Shown: positions 21,441 to 35,272 of the stretch, piece after piece
Position numbering within the stretch: the stretch's first letter is position 1
How the letters are laid out: each line of letters opens with the position of its first letter
Origin: Prorocentrum cordatum
Lineage: Eukaryota
DNA: 64,000 nt
Reading direction: 5' to 3'
NCBI GenBank assembly: GCA_963575745.1
Contig: CAUYUJ010000126.1
Span: forward strand, 186,001-250,000
Position numbers and translations under genes: made by a program
Notes under the pieces: generated by a model
What the model was told of the DNA's origin: nothing
Databases searched by the model: none
What the model saw: the letters and a program-made list of their open reading frames with translations, nothing else

Positions 21441-23249
21441 GGCCCATGCACTCTCCAAAACAGTTCACGCATTGCTGTTGATTGGATTGTAAGGGGGCGG
21501 CGTTGGGAGCATGATATTGAAAATGCATGCAAGGGCGAACACGCCAGCAATAGAATTGAGCCCGGTGGTAACGGAGACTGCGCATGAGAAATTGCATTTG
21601 TAACCAAATCAATCGGCACAAGTTTCACAAGTGTTCCCGCGCTCATGCATAGGCCCCCTTTCGACGCCTCTCCCCCATGTGCGCCTCCAAAGGCTCCTGT
21701 GCAGGGAATGAGGCTGTCTATCACTGTCTGTGACGTATGGGCGGTGTGATGATGAGTAAAGCCTGCTTCGGCCATGCACGTACGTTGGGTCCCTGCGCTC
21801 AGGCTCGTAGACAGATGCATTGGTGCCGTAGTCCAATTCAAAGTCCAATACTTCTCGCGGATGGACTTCTGAATGCGTTGTCGGCGCCTGAGTGCGCCTA
21901 AACAGTCGGCATGTCTGCGAGTGACAATGGTATATGTCTCAGACGAGGTCGCATCACAGATGTACCTCCTTGATACATCGTAGGTAGCGCCTGGACATGC
22001 CCCTTGGGGGTCCCATGCAGGGTATGAGGCAGTAGTTGTCCGTTGTTCGCCTGTATGTGTTGGGTGTCGTTGCACTGTGGATGCGCGGCGCTGCTCGATG
22101 CCAGCGACACATGCCTCTCCCCCAGGCATGCCCTGCAGGGCCCCCATGCAGAGCATGATGCTGTTTGTTGAGCTGTAGTCGAGTTGTGGTTGTTCTGTCG
22201 GTCCCTTGTCGCTGAACTGCGCTGGGTAGCGCGCTGCGCGGTGCCTAGACAGGTGCCGCGTCGGCCCGCGGAGCACTGGAGCCAAGAATGGCACGGCAGA
22301 GATGAGGACAAATGGTTGTGGGAGGGCACAGCACTGGCATTGGCTGGTGCGCATCATTGCGTCGACTTGTCACGTCACCAATTGGATGTCACGGATCCCT
22401 GCGCAATTGGGCGGGTGATCATTCAAGCCGAGGCTGATGTTGGGATGTGGGGCCTTGCACTTCGCGCTGTGAGGTGTTGGCTCATGATGGGTACGTATGT
22501 ACATATAACATCACGTATAGATTACCGTAGGCGTGTGAGCATCGGACCCCGCCTGCCCACGTGCCAGACTTAGGTGTGCGCGTGCTCTTATGTCGCGCGT
22601 GGGCGCATAAAGATAAGCTGTCTGGTGCAGCAGAACAATACAAATATCTTCTCTTCTCTCAAGGTAGCACATCATATGAGGAAATCGTGGTGGGAGGGTT
22701 GATGTCTCTGTCGCATGATCAACTGAAGTCTCTGAACTTTCTGGTAGCGCTTCTCCACCCAGGTATGCCCCGTAGGGCTCCCGTGCAGGGCGCGAAGCAA
22801 TGCCCACTTTAGATGGGTGTCGCTGTCCTGTTGCGTTGGTCGGGCACGCGAGTGGCGCCCGTGTTTCGCGCTGTCGCTGCGCGGTGCTGCCAGTGCCAGC
22901 ATCGCACGCCTCTCCCCAAGGCATTCCCCTCAGGGCCCCCATGCAGAGTATGAGGCGACTGGTGTGCCGTCTTCTTGTTGCGACACTGCTCGGCCCGTCG
23001 CCCGCGCGTCGGTGCTGCGCAAGAGAGATACGTGGGTCCTTGGACAGGTGCTACGTCTATATTTGCAGTAAGCCGTGGAGACAAGACTGCATTGACGGCG
23101 TAGGAGCACATGGCTACGGAAGGGCACTGTGTTGATTAGACTAGTTCTCGTCTTGGAACGTCACCTCTCTCCATGGAAAAAAGACGCGTGTGGGACAGCT
23201 GTATGCCATAGTGTGCATGTGTAGGGTTATACCAATACTGACTGTCGCT

Positions 23250-26200
23250 GTATCTTTTGGTCGGTAGTTGTGCTTGTGGTGTTGCTATGGGGCTGGTCTT
23301 GCTACGCATGGTAACGGGGCTGGAAGTTGTTGTGCGCGTGTTTAGAAGTAGGGATCAAGCGGTATGTATCCCTGCATGGTCCACGGTGTGCTTGGCGCTG
23401 GGAATTCATTGTGCTAGTCTGCCAGCTATGCACGCGATGATCGGGTAGCACATTCGCGATGGAATGTTGTAGGAGCAGTCGATGTCGCTCGCGTGAGCCT
23501 GTGGGTGTGCCGAGCGGGTGCATCGATTGCCGTCGCTCTTGGTATTGGGTGTGTGCGCGTGGCATTTGCCATGGTTGAATGAGTGTTGTGCTCTGGTCGC
23601 CGTGGCCCGTTGTGCATAGGTCGATCGCATTGTGTTGCGCTAAGCTCAGTTGGCTCATTTGTATAATGTTACGGACGCTGCGCTGGTCTCTGCTGTGTTT
23701 GGTTTTGGTAATAATTCTGGCTGGCGCGTTGGTGTGTTGAGCTGCTGCGATGAGTAGTGCTGTGTGCTGTAGTCTCCGGTTGGTGTTGCGTGTATTGTGC
23801 GGTTGGTTGGTTGATTGGTCTGGGCATCCCAGTATGCGGTGCGTGGGCGTGGAGTGCCGTTGCGGTTGCTATTGTTGTCCATGACCGCGATGATAGCAGC
23901 GACTCGGCCTTGGGTGATGTTGTCCATCCATGTTTCAGTTGTGCGCTGGCGGGCTAAATCGCATCATGTTGCGTCAGCTGTGTTGGTGCGTATGCACGTT
24001 TAGTGTCTTGTTACGGGATTATGCTCGAGGTTGCGTTGCAGGTCGTTGTTGTGTCAGTCATGCTGGTTGCGTAACAGGATGTATACGGGGCTTGTCTTGT
24101 TGTCGGCGAGTGGGGCCATTGGTGTTGGTTGCGCGTGTGATGTCGCAATCGGTGGGTCAGCGTCGTCATGTTGTGGTTTTCTTGTATGAATTTCGTGATT
24201 GGGCGGTGGAGTGGCTGCTAGTGTCGCGGCGTCGTGCCGTAGGCCCTTGCTTCGGTTGGTATTGTTCTCCCCGTCCTCCTCGGTGCGTGGCATTGCTAGC
24301 CCCTCTCTTGCCATGCTGGCGATGCTCTGCATGTACTGACACAACACCTTGTGACACGGAGCTTGAGACGCGTGGGAAGCCGCTGTTTTTCGTGACATTG
24401 TGCGTGGTCGTTTTGGGCAGTTGCTTTCTGTCACTTTGCATGGAATGTTGTAAGCTAGTGCGTGTTTTTGTTGCGCTGTATAGTTTCCCGTCTTTGGTGG
24501 TTATGCCTGCGCGGTCGGGTTCGTAGCAGAGGTGGGTTACAAGTTGCGGGGCATGATTGGGTAGTTGTGTCGCGTTGCCGTGGTCGAGTTGTGACATCGC
24601 CTGTGTCCAGGGCGCCGCGCTGGGCAGGTCGCTACATGCGATGCGCTGTCTCTTCTTCGCCGCGGCAACTTGGCTGTTGATCTGCTTGGGTGCCTCGCGC
24701 AAGTAATGTAGCAATCTGAATATGTCCCATTGCCTTTTGCGGGCCGTCTGTCGCGGTGGCAAGCGCTGCCATCGATCTGACGTCATCTACGAGGTCGACC
24801 CAAGCGCGCGGCGCAGCCGCGGCCTGGTCGCATTACGTCCGTTGCCCGTGGCACAGGCCGATGAGTCGGAGCAGAATGCGCGGTCCATTGAGAGTCAGTC
24901 CTGCCAAGCACTCAAGCCGTCGGGGTCTGAGCTCAGTGGCGTAGTCGAACCTGTCGGCGAATGGTAGTCATTGCGTGTCGGGAGTGCGTGGTTGTTGGCG
25001 GTGGTGCGCATGGGTCGCGCTGAGGCATGCACGGTTGCGAGCTGTGCTGGATGCTGCGGTGATGTTGCTTGATGCGGGACACAATGTCTCACTTGGCAAA
25101 TGCGTCTGCAAGTCTGACTTTTATTTATGTTCGTAGTTGCTTGTTCTTGAAGTGCGTCGCTGTGAGTGGCATGAGTGCTGCTCTTTGTTTTGTGATATGG
25201 TGGTGCGCTCGCACTGTGGCGCTGCATGTCGGGGCGATGCGCATGCCTCGGTAGTCGCACGCATGCGCAATCGTAATGTGCATGTCCCATGTTGGACAGA
25301 AGATGTTGGCATCCGCTCGTGCCAGTAGCCGCTGCTTTGCATGCATGGCACCAGGTCCTGCTATGTGCAAAGAGAATGCTGATTTGCGTGGTGCGCAGTT
25401 CATATTGAAACCGTAGCTGGTGAGAAGGCCATGCGCGTCCGTTGCTAAGTCTGCCATGTAATGCCCCAGTAGGTCGTTGTCCTTGCATTGAGCCATGGTG
25501 AGCGCATCGTCTACGAATGCAATGCCGGTCCCGCGTTCGTCCTTCGCGGCGCGCGTCGCCTGGTATTTGGAGAGCAATGGGTGGTTTGGTAAAGGCAAAG
25601 CTGTGGCGCGCGGTTTTCTCGGGTGCTGCTGGCCAGCTCTTCGAGGGGTCTTACGAACGATAGGTTGTATATCGCGTCGGCTAAGCTGTCGCCAGGTCTG
25701 GTGCCCTTTGTTGGGTGCACAGTGAGACTGGAATGCGCACGCGTGAAGCGCGCTGCTCTGTATGACTCAATCAGCTGCGCTGCTAGGTGCCTGGCGCACT
25801 GGTGCTTGCTCAGCATGCCACGTTGCGCGAGCATCGCTTGTGCTAGAGGTGTGTGTGTGGTGCTGGGATGCTGCTATTGCTGTAGTAGTTTTCTTGCTCG
25901 CTATTACCTGCAGTGCTGAAAGCAGTTTCTTACCACGGTGTGGAATGTTGCCGCGAGGTCAATGTAGCACCTGATGGTAGTGGCCTTGCGGTATGTGTTG
26001 TAGATTGTGACCAGCGCTGCTGCGCGCGCTGCAAATTACGTCGGTCTTCGCGCAAGTCTCCTACGCTGCGTTGGGACCAGTGCTTGTTGTAGTAAGGATG
26101 TTAGGTTCTCCCTGAGGCGTAGTGCAGCTCGGGTATCTCAGATGCTAGTAGGATTGGTATGTATTGAGCTTCCTCGCTGGTTGCGCCATGTCCTCTGTGT

Positions 26201-29200
26201 AAGGGCACCGCCGCTCCGTTGGCATAGTGATGCTTTGAGTAAAAGCGGGCGCATGTGTCTGGATGTATGTGTGGGTGATGCTTTAACAATGTTGGTCGTG
26301 CTACGGTCGGGCCCAGATTGCGTGCGTCTCCTTATTTTCCTGATCATAGTGTTGAGCCTGAGCATTGTGATGATGCGTTGGAGTGATTGTGGTGTCGTCG
26401 GTGCCTTCGTTGTGTCGTTGTAGAAAATGTACATGTAGCCGTTGTCGGTCCGCAAAGTGTCGCGAGAATTCGTTTACTCATTGCTCGTCCGATTCGAGTA
26501 CGTCTCTTTCGAAGCCGGCGAAGACTGGCATAGCTCGTGCCGCGTTAGTCTTTCATACGGGTGCTGGCCCGTATCGTCGCATTGCTCTTTGCGCGTTGCC
26601 AGTATGATATGTGTTCTTGCATGTCTTATAGGCGTTGGAACTGGTTGAAGAGATGCTTAATGTGGTTGGCTCGGTCAAGTTCGAGTTGCATAGCTAATGA
26701 CGTTCTGGTTGCTTTGAGGAAGTCGCGCATTGCTGCGCGCGCGTCGGCGCGGGCGTCGTGTTCGGCTGCATGTAACGCTAATTGTAGTGCGTGGATGTGG
26801 CGGTCCGTCGGTCTGCTTGTTGCGTAGGTTGCCGGGCACTCGCTAAGCTTGCAGTACACTACGGCTGGGATGGTCTTGCGGTCTTGTCGTGGAATTGCGA
26901 TGGCGTGTCGACGTAGTCAGATGAGCTTCACGGCGTCGGTTGCGATGCATGGTGTTGTGAAGCTGTCTTTCGGAAATTGGGATTGTGCTGCTGCGTGCAG
27001 CGCGTCAGTTACTGCCTGGTGGGGCTCGTTGACGGTTACGCCCCATGTAGGTAAGGATTGGTTGCCGATCATCTCGGCGAAGGTTGCTTGGCTTGCAGGG
27101 TCTTGCATCTTGAGTGGGTCGTATGTTGTATGTGTGTTGTTCCTCTTGGTGGTGCTTCTGGTGTGATGAAGAGCGGCGCGTATTGGGAAATAGTTTTCGT
27201 TTTGGGTTCCAGAGTCGCGTTGGCGGTCGATGTAGAGCCCCTGTATGCATGGTGTCCAGGCGTCGGCAATGGCAACGCATTCATTTCTGTATTTGAGCGG
27301 TGTGTCTTTGCAGTGCCTGATGCACGTGCGAGTTGGTTCCCGCGTGGTTGTTGCGCTATTTCACGTTAGGCCGTATACTGACATGAGTAGTCTCATTTGC
27401 GACGCGTTGTCGCCTTCTTTTTGTTGGGCTGCGGGCGGCGGCACGCTCCCAACGCCTGGTGGGGGGCATTGAAGTCAGCAAGGATGATGGTCGGTGGCCA
27501 TTTGGTCGCTAGTGTTCGAAGTGCTGCCCAACATTTGGCTGGGCGGCTTGGGTCGCGGCTGACGCGTGGAGCGCGCGCAACGCAAATGGTCCCGCTAATG
27601 AGTGGTGCGTGGAGCTTGATGATCAAGAGGCGGCGCGATGCGTGTAGCACTCTGAAATGTTGGCATTGGAGATGTAGCCCTTTCTTGGTTAGTCAGTCAC
27701 GTAAGGTATTGAGGTGTTGACGAGTAAGTTGCATGCAAGTTTAGATGGGTATTGTGGAGTGGTGAATTGGAGATATGCGTCTGATGTGCCGAAGTCGTTG
27801 CGTGCTGTTGTTTTTGTTGTACTCCCATAAGATGGGTATTGTGAAGTAGCGCTTGTGCTCGTAGGTACTGTCCTCTCGTCATGTGCTGTAGTGCCCTTTT
27901 TTCCAATGCCGTCTCTTCGTTGAATGCATCGATGTTTGATGTGTGTGCGTTGCATGCGGTTACGTCGACGTGGATCTCAGTCGAGTTGGCCTTTTTGTCG
28001 GCGGGCTTGGGCCAGGCGTTGGTCTGCCGCTGTAAGTTGGTAGCCGTGCGCGGCTATGTTTGGTGTGCTGTGTGCGTTGCATAGTGTCGTCAATGGGTTC
28101 AGGCCAATGGATATGCACAGTAGTCGTTTTTTTTCTGATTACTTTGCGCATGGTCCAGTAGATGTTTGGGTGGTATGACAGTAGCGCTTGGATGCCGTCG
28201 CCTGGTTGCTTTGGTATTTTTGCGACGTTGCTGAGGTCGTCTTGCGCGTGGGTGGCGGCATGATGCTTTGCTTTTGTATGTGCTAGTTCGTTCCATGGGT
28301 GGTTGTCGCGTCCGCGGACGCAATAGGTGGTGATTCGACGTCGTTGTTTGGCAGTATGGAAGACAGCCTGTGCTAGTCGTGTGAGTGGGTCGGTTGACTC
28401 TTGTAGTTGTGCGATTAGGTGCATTGCGTTCGTTGGGTCGGTGCGCATTTGTTTATCCACGTGGGGTGGTTGCTGCGTCGCGTGCATGGTAGCCCAAAAG
28501 ACTGCTGCCAGTTCGATGCTGGTGATGTCGAGTCAGTCGCAATCACTGATGGAGTGCATGATGAGTGCGATGCTGCCAGAGTAGTACCTATGTAGCTCGA
28601 CGGGTGTCCATCGTAGTGGAAGGTTGCAAATGCCCATGCTGAGCTCTCGTTCTGTGCCTGTAATCGTCCATATGAGTAGATGAGTAGGCTGTCGGTTGTT
28701 GGAAGTTGTCTAGGGTAGAGAGGTAGAGCGGCTCTGGTCACTGGGCGGAGCTCAACGTCAGCGAGGTCGCGCGTGAGTCTGCTTCCTATAGTTGCGAGTC
28801 GGAAATACATAGGAGGATGCATGTGGGAACAGGCTGCTGGGTGTGGCGAGCACAGAAGCTGGCTTTAGTGGCTAAGCTAGGGTGGAGAAGTCTCTGGTTA
28901 GTGTCAACATATCCACTTGTTGGGTCGCATGGCGCTAAGCTTCAGGCAGTGCTGGTGAAACTTGTTAATGGTTGAGCCGGGTCGGTGATTTGATTTTTGG
29001 GGCAGCGGTCGCTCCTGGGAAATCTGGCATGGTTGGTGTTTGTCGCGATGCTAGTGGGCAGTGCTGAAGTGAGCTTCTTGGCGGTGAATGTGAGGCTTTC
29101 GGTCTTTCGTTTGCAGCGGCGTGGATGGTGACCTCTCTTTGTAGGGAGTAGCCTTCTTCTCTGGTTTGCTTTCGTGCGTCGCTTTGTGCGGCCACCTCTT

Positions 29201-32090
29201 GCTGCTGGGGAGCGTCGAAGCATCTTGGCGTGTCTCCAGTGGTCACGTCGCGTGTGACTGTAGCTCTGGGTTCTGGCGCGTGGAGTGGTGAGTCGTGCTC
29301 GCTTGCAAACTTAGCCGGCGTTGTTGGTGTGTGTGTCGTCCTTGGTGCTCTGGGCGTGGCTGGTTCTGTCGGCGTGATTGGAGCCGGTTCTGTCGGTGCG
29401 AATAGTGACTGCTGGGTGGAGTCGATAGTTACGTCGTTGTGTGTGTTATCTGTTGGCTCTCTTGTGCTCTCCTCGTAGTGTTCGATACGCTTGCCATCTC
29501 AATTGTGATCTCTGGAGTTGCGTCGCCGATGGTGTCATTCAGTTGGTCTCGTATCCGTTGTAGTTCCTCCTCTGCTCGTGCTTGTTTTGATTGCGCGTGT
29601 TGCATTTTCTGTTGTTCCTGGTCGCTGATGCTGTGTTCTAGGTCGACGAGTTGGTTATTCAAGCGTATTCGTCCAGGTGTCGGTCGTCAGGCAGCGCTGG
29701 CAGTTGGCGTTGTGGTGACCCCTGTCGTAGTAGTTATTGCAGCTCTGCTTGGTTTCGGTTGTGCCATCGCTCAGAATGTGCTCGTGCTTCCACGCGTCTC
29801 AAGCGTGAGCTGTTGTTGTCTGATCTGGCATGCCGTGTCTTGTTGGCGCAGGCCAGCCGTGGTCAGTTGTCGCTGGTAGCGTCGGTTGACCGTCCGAAGA
29901 CTTGCCCCCGCGTTGCCTATGATGATCCTGGCTGCTGCCTCTTCGCGGTAATTTGCCAGAAACGTGGTTTATTGGTGTTGTAGTCTTTGCGCTATTGTGA
30001 CTGCATCTCGCGCTGCGATCATTTCTTGGTCGTATATTCCTTGGGCGCGTGCTCTCTGGACTTCTTTTTCTGCATGCGTGCATTCGTAGGCGCTGCCCTT
30101 GCCATCGTAGCGCGGTCGCCTTTTGTTGCAGGCCTTGTTCTAGCAGCTGAATCCGTTGCTCGGCCATGCTGACGCATGGTGCTTGCCGTTGCCCAAGTGC
30201 CGCGTGTTGTGTGTGCGTGGTAGCGGTTGTGGAGACATTGCATGGTGTGTTGCATAGTTTGTTGTGTTGGTCTATGTGTTTGGTCGATGCCTGTTTGGTG
30301 CTGGTGTGCCCTGTGTAGCGGTTGGGCTGTGAGCTGCGGGCGGTTTGCTTATAGCTCCAGTCGAATGTCAGCAATGGTCGCCATGCGTTATGTCTTTATC
30401 TTTCCGCGTCGTTTGTAGGCTGGGGCTTGGTCGACCAATGCCTTGGCGTGCGCTCGTTTCGCTCGCTGCAATATGGTGTGGCAGCGCAGCAGATGCGTCG
30501 TGGCCACTTCCATTTGTTGGTTTCGCTGTATTGGTTGGGCTGCCGTGAGCTTCGCGCGTTCTTCTTCGTTGGTAGCGAGTTGAACTGCAAGCTGTTCTGT
30601 GCGAGTGGTTTGGTGTTCAAAGTATTGCGCTTCTAGTAGCTGCTCTCTTGTGTTGTGGCAGTCGGTTGAGAGGTAGTCATTGGCTGTTCGTAGTTGCAGC
30701 ATGGTGTCCTCTGCGCACTCAAGCACGCGTTGTGCTTGCTTGTCGTCGGTGCTGGTATGTTGGGCTAGTGGCCGCTGTATGATTGCGCCGCTTGCTTGTA
30801 GGTCGTCGAGTGCCTTTTTGAGTAGCGTCTCGAGTCGAGTAACGTTTTGATTTGCGCGTGGGCTCGGCGTCGTTGGTCTGAGTGGTTGGAGGGGCTCTGC
30901 GATGTGAATGTTGGTTGAGTTGGATACCTTGGGCTCCTGGTGATGCATTGTGGGTCGATTGCGGGCACGGCATGTGATGTCGTTGCTGGATAATCACCTC
31001 CTCGATGTTTTCGCAGGTCTTGGTGAGTCGTAGGTTGCCGTCGCGTCGGCGTTGTGTCTGCCTGCTTGAGCGTGGCCTCGGAGATCTTGTTGGATGCTGC
31101 GTAGTCGTCTTTGAGTTGGCGCATGTATTGTAGCCTTTCATGCAGCGGTTTCTGTTCGAGAAGTTGTCTTTTCGTAATTGCAAATTCGCGTCGTAGGTGG
31201 TCTGCTTTGTGGCCGGCCTTCTCAGCGGCTTGCATTTGTGACATTGGCTTCCTGATGCTGGTTGTCATCGATGCAATACATGCTCCTACTTCAAGTGGTG
31301 CAATGCCTGGGCGGTCCTTGTTCTGGACGTCGTCATATCATGCCTCCGATGTGCTGTCTATGATCTCCTCGATTTCTTGGTCGATGTATGCTGCGTAGAC
31401 AGCGTCGTTGCCGAAGTTGCGTTGTGGTTCTTGGTTGTCATGTAGATTGCTTGATTGGGCCTGTCGCTGGTGCGTGCCAGGCCTTGGTGTGATGGGCATG
31501 ATTTGATTGTGGTTGTATTGATGCTTGTAAGTTGTGTGTGGGGGCTGTTTTCGTTGCCTTTGTTGTGCTGCTGTGTGGCACGGATTGGCATGTAGTTGGA
31601 CGCATGCGCGTTGGGTGCCTTGTAACCTGTGTGGCCTTTTGGCTGCCACGTTGAATTGTGACCTTTGCCGCATGGCTCTTGCTGGTGGTATCCCCTTTCC
31701 CTCGGCCGTTGGCTTGGGGCGCTGGCGCCTGCCCGTGTGCGTCGTCGATTTGGTTGTACATGTTGTATGCCGTGTTGTGTGGCGGTCGTTGTGCGCTGTG
31801 ATGTTGGCGAAGAAGTCGTCGCGCTTCTTGCAATTGCCCCTGATCAGGTTGATCCAGTAATGATCTTGCTGAGGCAATACGCATTAGCGCGCGCAGTGTC
31901 GTTTGTGTTCCTTTTCTCGTCTATGCCACGTTGGGTTGGGAGCTATGGTCGGCGTCGCGGTGGTCGTGAGGGCGCACGGTTTTGGATGTCGATGTCGACG
32001 TGGGGCACCGTCTTTTCGTCTGGTGCGCTTAGGCGCACGATGCCGCCGTCGGTGTCGCGAGCCCTTCGCGCTGCGCAGTGCTCGTAACTC
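23250..32090 (-). mobile_element. Large degenerate LINE (coiled-coil ORF1-like region, RNase H, APE endonuclease, RT)
   Basis: Minus-strand motifs: coiled-coil segments at 29430-31270; RNase H IYSYG...SAWA (~28690-28630), SIELAAVFWA (~28520), VRGRDNHPWNELAHTKAK (~28320-28268); endonuclease IILADFNA (~27490-27465); RT GTRPGDSLADAIY (~25710-25665), IAFVDDAL (~25525-25500), GFNMN..PRKS. Many frameshifts and stops; both ends approximate. Confidence 0.8.
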
Positions 32091-32247
32091 AAGCGCGGGA
32101 AATGATATCGAAGTGCAATAAGGGAATATAGGTGTGTAATGTAAATGGAGATTGGTTAAAGGATGTAGGATGTTGATCTCCAGAATGTTTCGTTCGTGGC
32201 TTGGCCCCTAGGGCTGGCGCGCTGCCGCGGGCTCCTGGGCCCGAGGC

Positions 32248-32575
32248 CTCCTCCTGCTCCTCTTATTCCTCCTCTTCTTCCTCCTCCTCCTTCTCCTCCT
32301 CCTTCCCCTCCTTCTTCTCCTCCCTCTTTTCCTCCCCCGTCTCCTCCTCCTCCTCTTCCTCCCCCACTTCCTCCTCCTCCTGCTCCTGCCCCTCCTCCTC
32401 CTCCTCCTCCCCCCCCCCTCCTCCCGTTCCTCCTCCTCTTCCTCCTCCTCCCCCTCCCCCTCCTCCTCCTCCTCTTCTTCCTCCTCCTCCTCATCATCGC
32501 AGATTTCTTGGATATCCTTCTCCCTCCTCTCCCTCCTCCCCTTCCTCGTCCTCCTCCTCCTCCCCCTCCCCCCCG
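32248..32575. repeat. (CCT)n polypyrimidine tract
   Basis: Degenerate cct/ctt run. Confidence 0.95.
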
Positions 32576-34727
32576 CGGCGGCGGCTGACCCCGCGGTGCC
32601 CTTTGCGCTCCGTGCGCCAGCGCAGGGGATCCAGCGCCGTTCCAAGAACCCCGCGCGGACCTCCCAGAGATCATGTTAATGCCGTGGTTTGTTCCTTTAG
32701 AGGGGGAGGACGGAGGCAAACAAGGAGGGAGGCCTGAATCTCACAGCACGCTTGATTCACAGCCAGCAGCTTAGAGTTCGATTGGGAAAGCGATGTGCAC
32801 AGACTAGACAGCCAGAAAATGACAAGTCACTCAGCATACGGCGAGGGCGGAGGAAACGACGCAAAGCCCACTAGGGTACAAATTACAGCGAGGGCGGAGG
32901 ACACCGAGCGAAGCCCAAGACGAATCGCTTTGAACAGGTGAGGTTGTATAGAGTATGGTCGTACTTTCCTTATCATGTGACGCTGGAACAGTCGCGAGAT
33001 CTAAGAGTGCAAGCGGCTTCGTTTTGGGCGGGAGTTTTTCGGTGATTCGCTCGTACAGGTATGGGAGAAGCGGATCGAGACAGGGTCCGCCTAAGACAGA
33101 CCCGACAGCAAGGATCCACTCACATCTGGGCCTCCTGCTCAGCCAGCACAGCGGCTGGCAAGAGGATCGGCTGGGTACAGCGCTAAAACGCGGAAGTGTC
33201 TGTCTCGTTGATGTTAGTTGCCCCCCCCCCCGAGGAAATGTTGCAAAAACAAGTTGGGGATGTCTCGGGCGAAAGCTTGGTTTGGGTTTTCCGCTTTATC
33301 CATCACAAGGCAATGCTTTTTTTATTGGACAAATGCATGTCGTTCGTGCCCGCTCGAGGAGAGGGCGCCCGCCGCATCGGATCCTTGACAAATCACCGGT
33401 CCGCAGGCCCCCGCTGTTCCCAGATGAGCAAACATTGATTTCGCCCGTGCCCGCTCGAGGATGGCACGCCCCCCCACACAGACTCTTTTACGAATAACGG
33501 TGCGCGGGGCCCCATTAGACCGCAGAAGGCGCCAGGACAGCCCAGGACGCGCCAGGAAGCCTCGGGAGGGCGGACCCAGCGAAATGTGCAGAGGAGTTTG
33601 GCCTTGGGCCTGTGGGCGCCCTTTTACGGATCATTGTCGAGGGACCGCGGATCCACAGTAATCTATAATAGATTGTGGCGCTGGGAGCGCGGGTCCATGA
33701 TGAATGAAAAGGGGTCATGGCTCTAGAAGCACGTGCGCAAGGGGCTTGGGACTGGAGTGTATATTGCAGCATCGTCGACATAGTTTGGGTTTACTCTGGT
33801 CCACTTGCTGTTGTTCATGAGCATCAGCCTCAAAATCGCGTTTATCTTTTCAAGTATTGGATTGCTGCGCCGCATCTTAGTTGTATTTGTTGAAACATAA
33901 ACATGCTCAATGTCAATCCTCATCGTTCCACTCGACGCCATAATGATATTGTCTCGCTTCTTTTTCCACCATTTTTGATGATTTCTGCGTGTGCATCATG
34001 CCCAGGGCAAGGGCAAGGCGAAAGGCTACAAGTGAGCCCTGGTGACGATCGCCGGAGCCGAGCTTCGTTGCGAGATCTGCTGCGTCCATCTCACCGTCGT
34101 GTTTCTCCTCACCCTTCCTCGCTCTAATCTTCACCTTCCTCCCAGACTCCAGCTCGGCTCAATGATCGCGCTCGTGGCCAGCCATAGCGCGAGGGAGTGA
34201 GGAGGATAATCAGGAATATGCTTGTGAACGGTCGGGGGGCGCATGTCTATACGTATCCTTTGTGAGCGTTCAGTGAACTCGCCTATATTATATTTGATCG
34301 CGATGTTGCTGCAAGTTCTTACGCAACTCTTCCCTTTAATCACGCGCTTCCCGTCCATGTTAGGAAAAGTCTTGAAAACGAGTGTTTCGCCAGAGACATC
34401 CTGTCCGAATCCCGATAGTTGCTGTCGTAGCTTAAGACGCCTTATGCTATAAGTGAGTGTTTTATCCGAGACATCCTCGGGCAATGGAGATTATGAAATC
34501 TCTTGTCTAAATTTCGGAACTTCAGAAATAACAGTTTCGTCCGAGACATCTTCGGAAACATGTGATGTGCCAAGAGTTGTTTTGAGACACCTTTTCGGAG
34601 AACTCTTGGATGGCTTCCAAGATGGCTAAAGAAGCGCAATTAAATCAATTGTATGCGTTTCGCTCGAGAAATCTTCTAGAATTCGAGCGGGTTCTCGAAA
34701 TCACCAGATCATGATGGACATTCCGAT

Positions 34728-35272
34728 GTAGGTGAGGGTCTGTATGGTTAGGATATGTAGGGTTAGGGTATGTAGGGTTAGTAGGGCCTGTAGGGTTTGC
34801 AGGGTCTTCAGGGTTAGTGTATGTAGGGTGAGGGTCTGTAGGGTTTGGGTATGTAGGATTTGGGTATGTAACGTTCAGGTCTCTAGGGTTAGTAGGGTCT
34901 GTAGGATTCGGGTATGTAGGGTTAGGGTCTGTGGGGTGTGGGTATGTAGGGTTAGATTTTTCAGGGTTCGGGTCTTCGGGTCTGTAGGGCTAGTAGGGTC
35001 TGTAGGGTTAGGGTATGTAGGGTTGGGGGTCTATAGGTACCGTTTGTAGGGTTAGGGTCTGTAGGGCCGGTAGGGTCCGTAGGGTTTGGGTCTGTTGGCT
35101 TAGGAGGGTATACAGGGTTAAGGTTTGTATGGTCGGGGCTTGTGGTTACGGCATGTAGGTTTCGTTGGGTCTGTAGTGTTCGGCGTTGTAGGGTTAGGAC
35201 TTGTAGGGTTAGGGTATGTAGGGTTAGAGTATGTCGAGTCAGGGTCTGTGGGGTGAGTAGGGTCTGCAGGGC
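34728..35272 (+). repeat. Degenerate telomere-like minisatellite (~15-bp GTAGGGTTAGGGTAT units)
   Basis: Dozens of tagggt/ttaggg hexamers arranged in 15-bp and 9-bp units. Confidence 0.85.

Noticed and set aside
18000..32090. Cytosine-methyltransferase cargo as reported for some dinoflagellate retrotransposons
   Set aside because: I looked for DNMT motifs (FxGxG, PC, ENV) in the minus-strand frames and found no convincing ordered set.
15345..32575. Polypurine and polypyrimidine tracts as giant inverted termini around the LINE region
   Set aside because: (GAG/CCT)n tracts are common in this window (also at 57868-57970), and no unique sequence is shared between the two ends.
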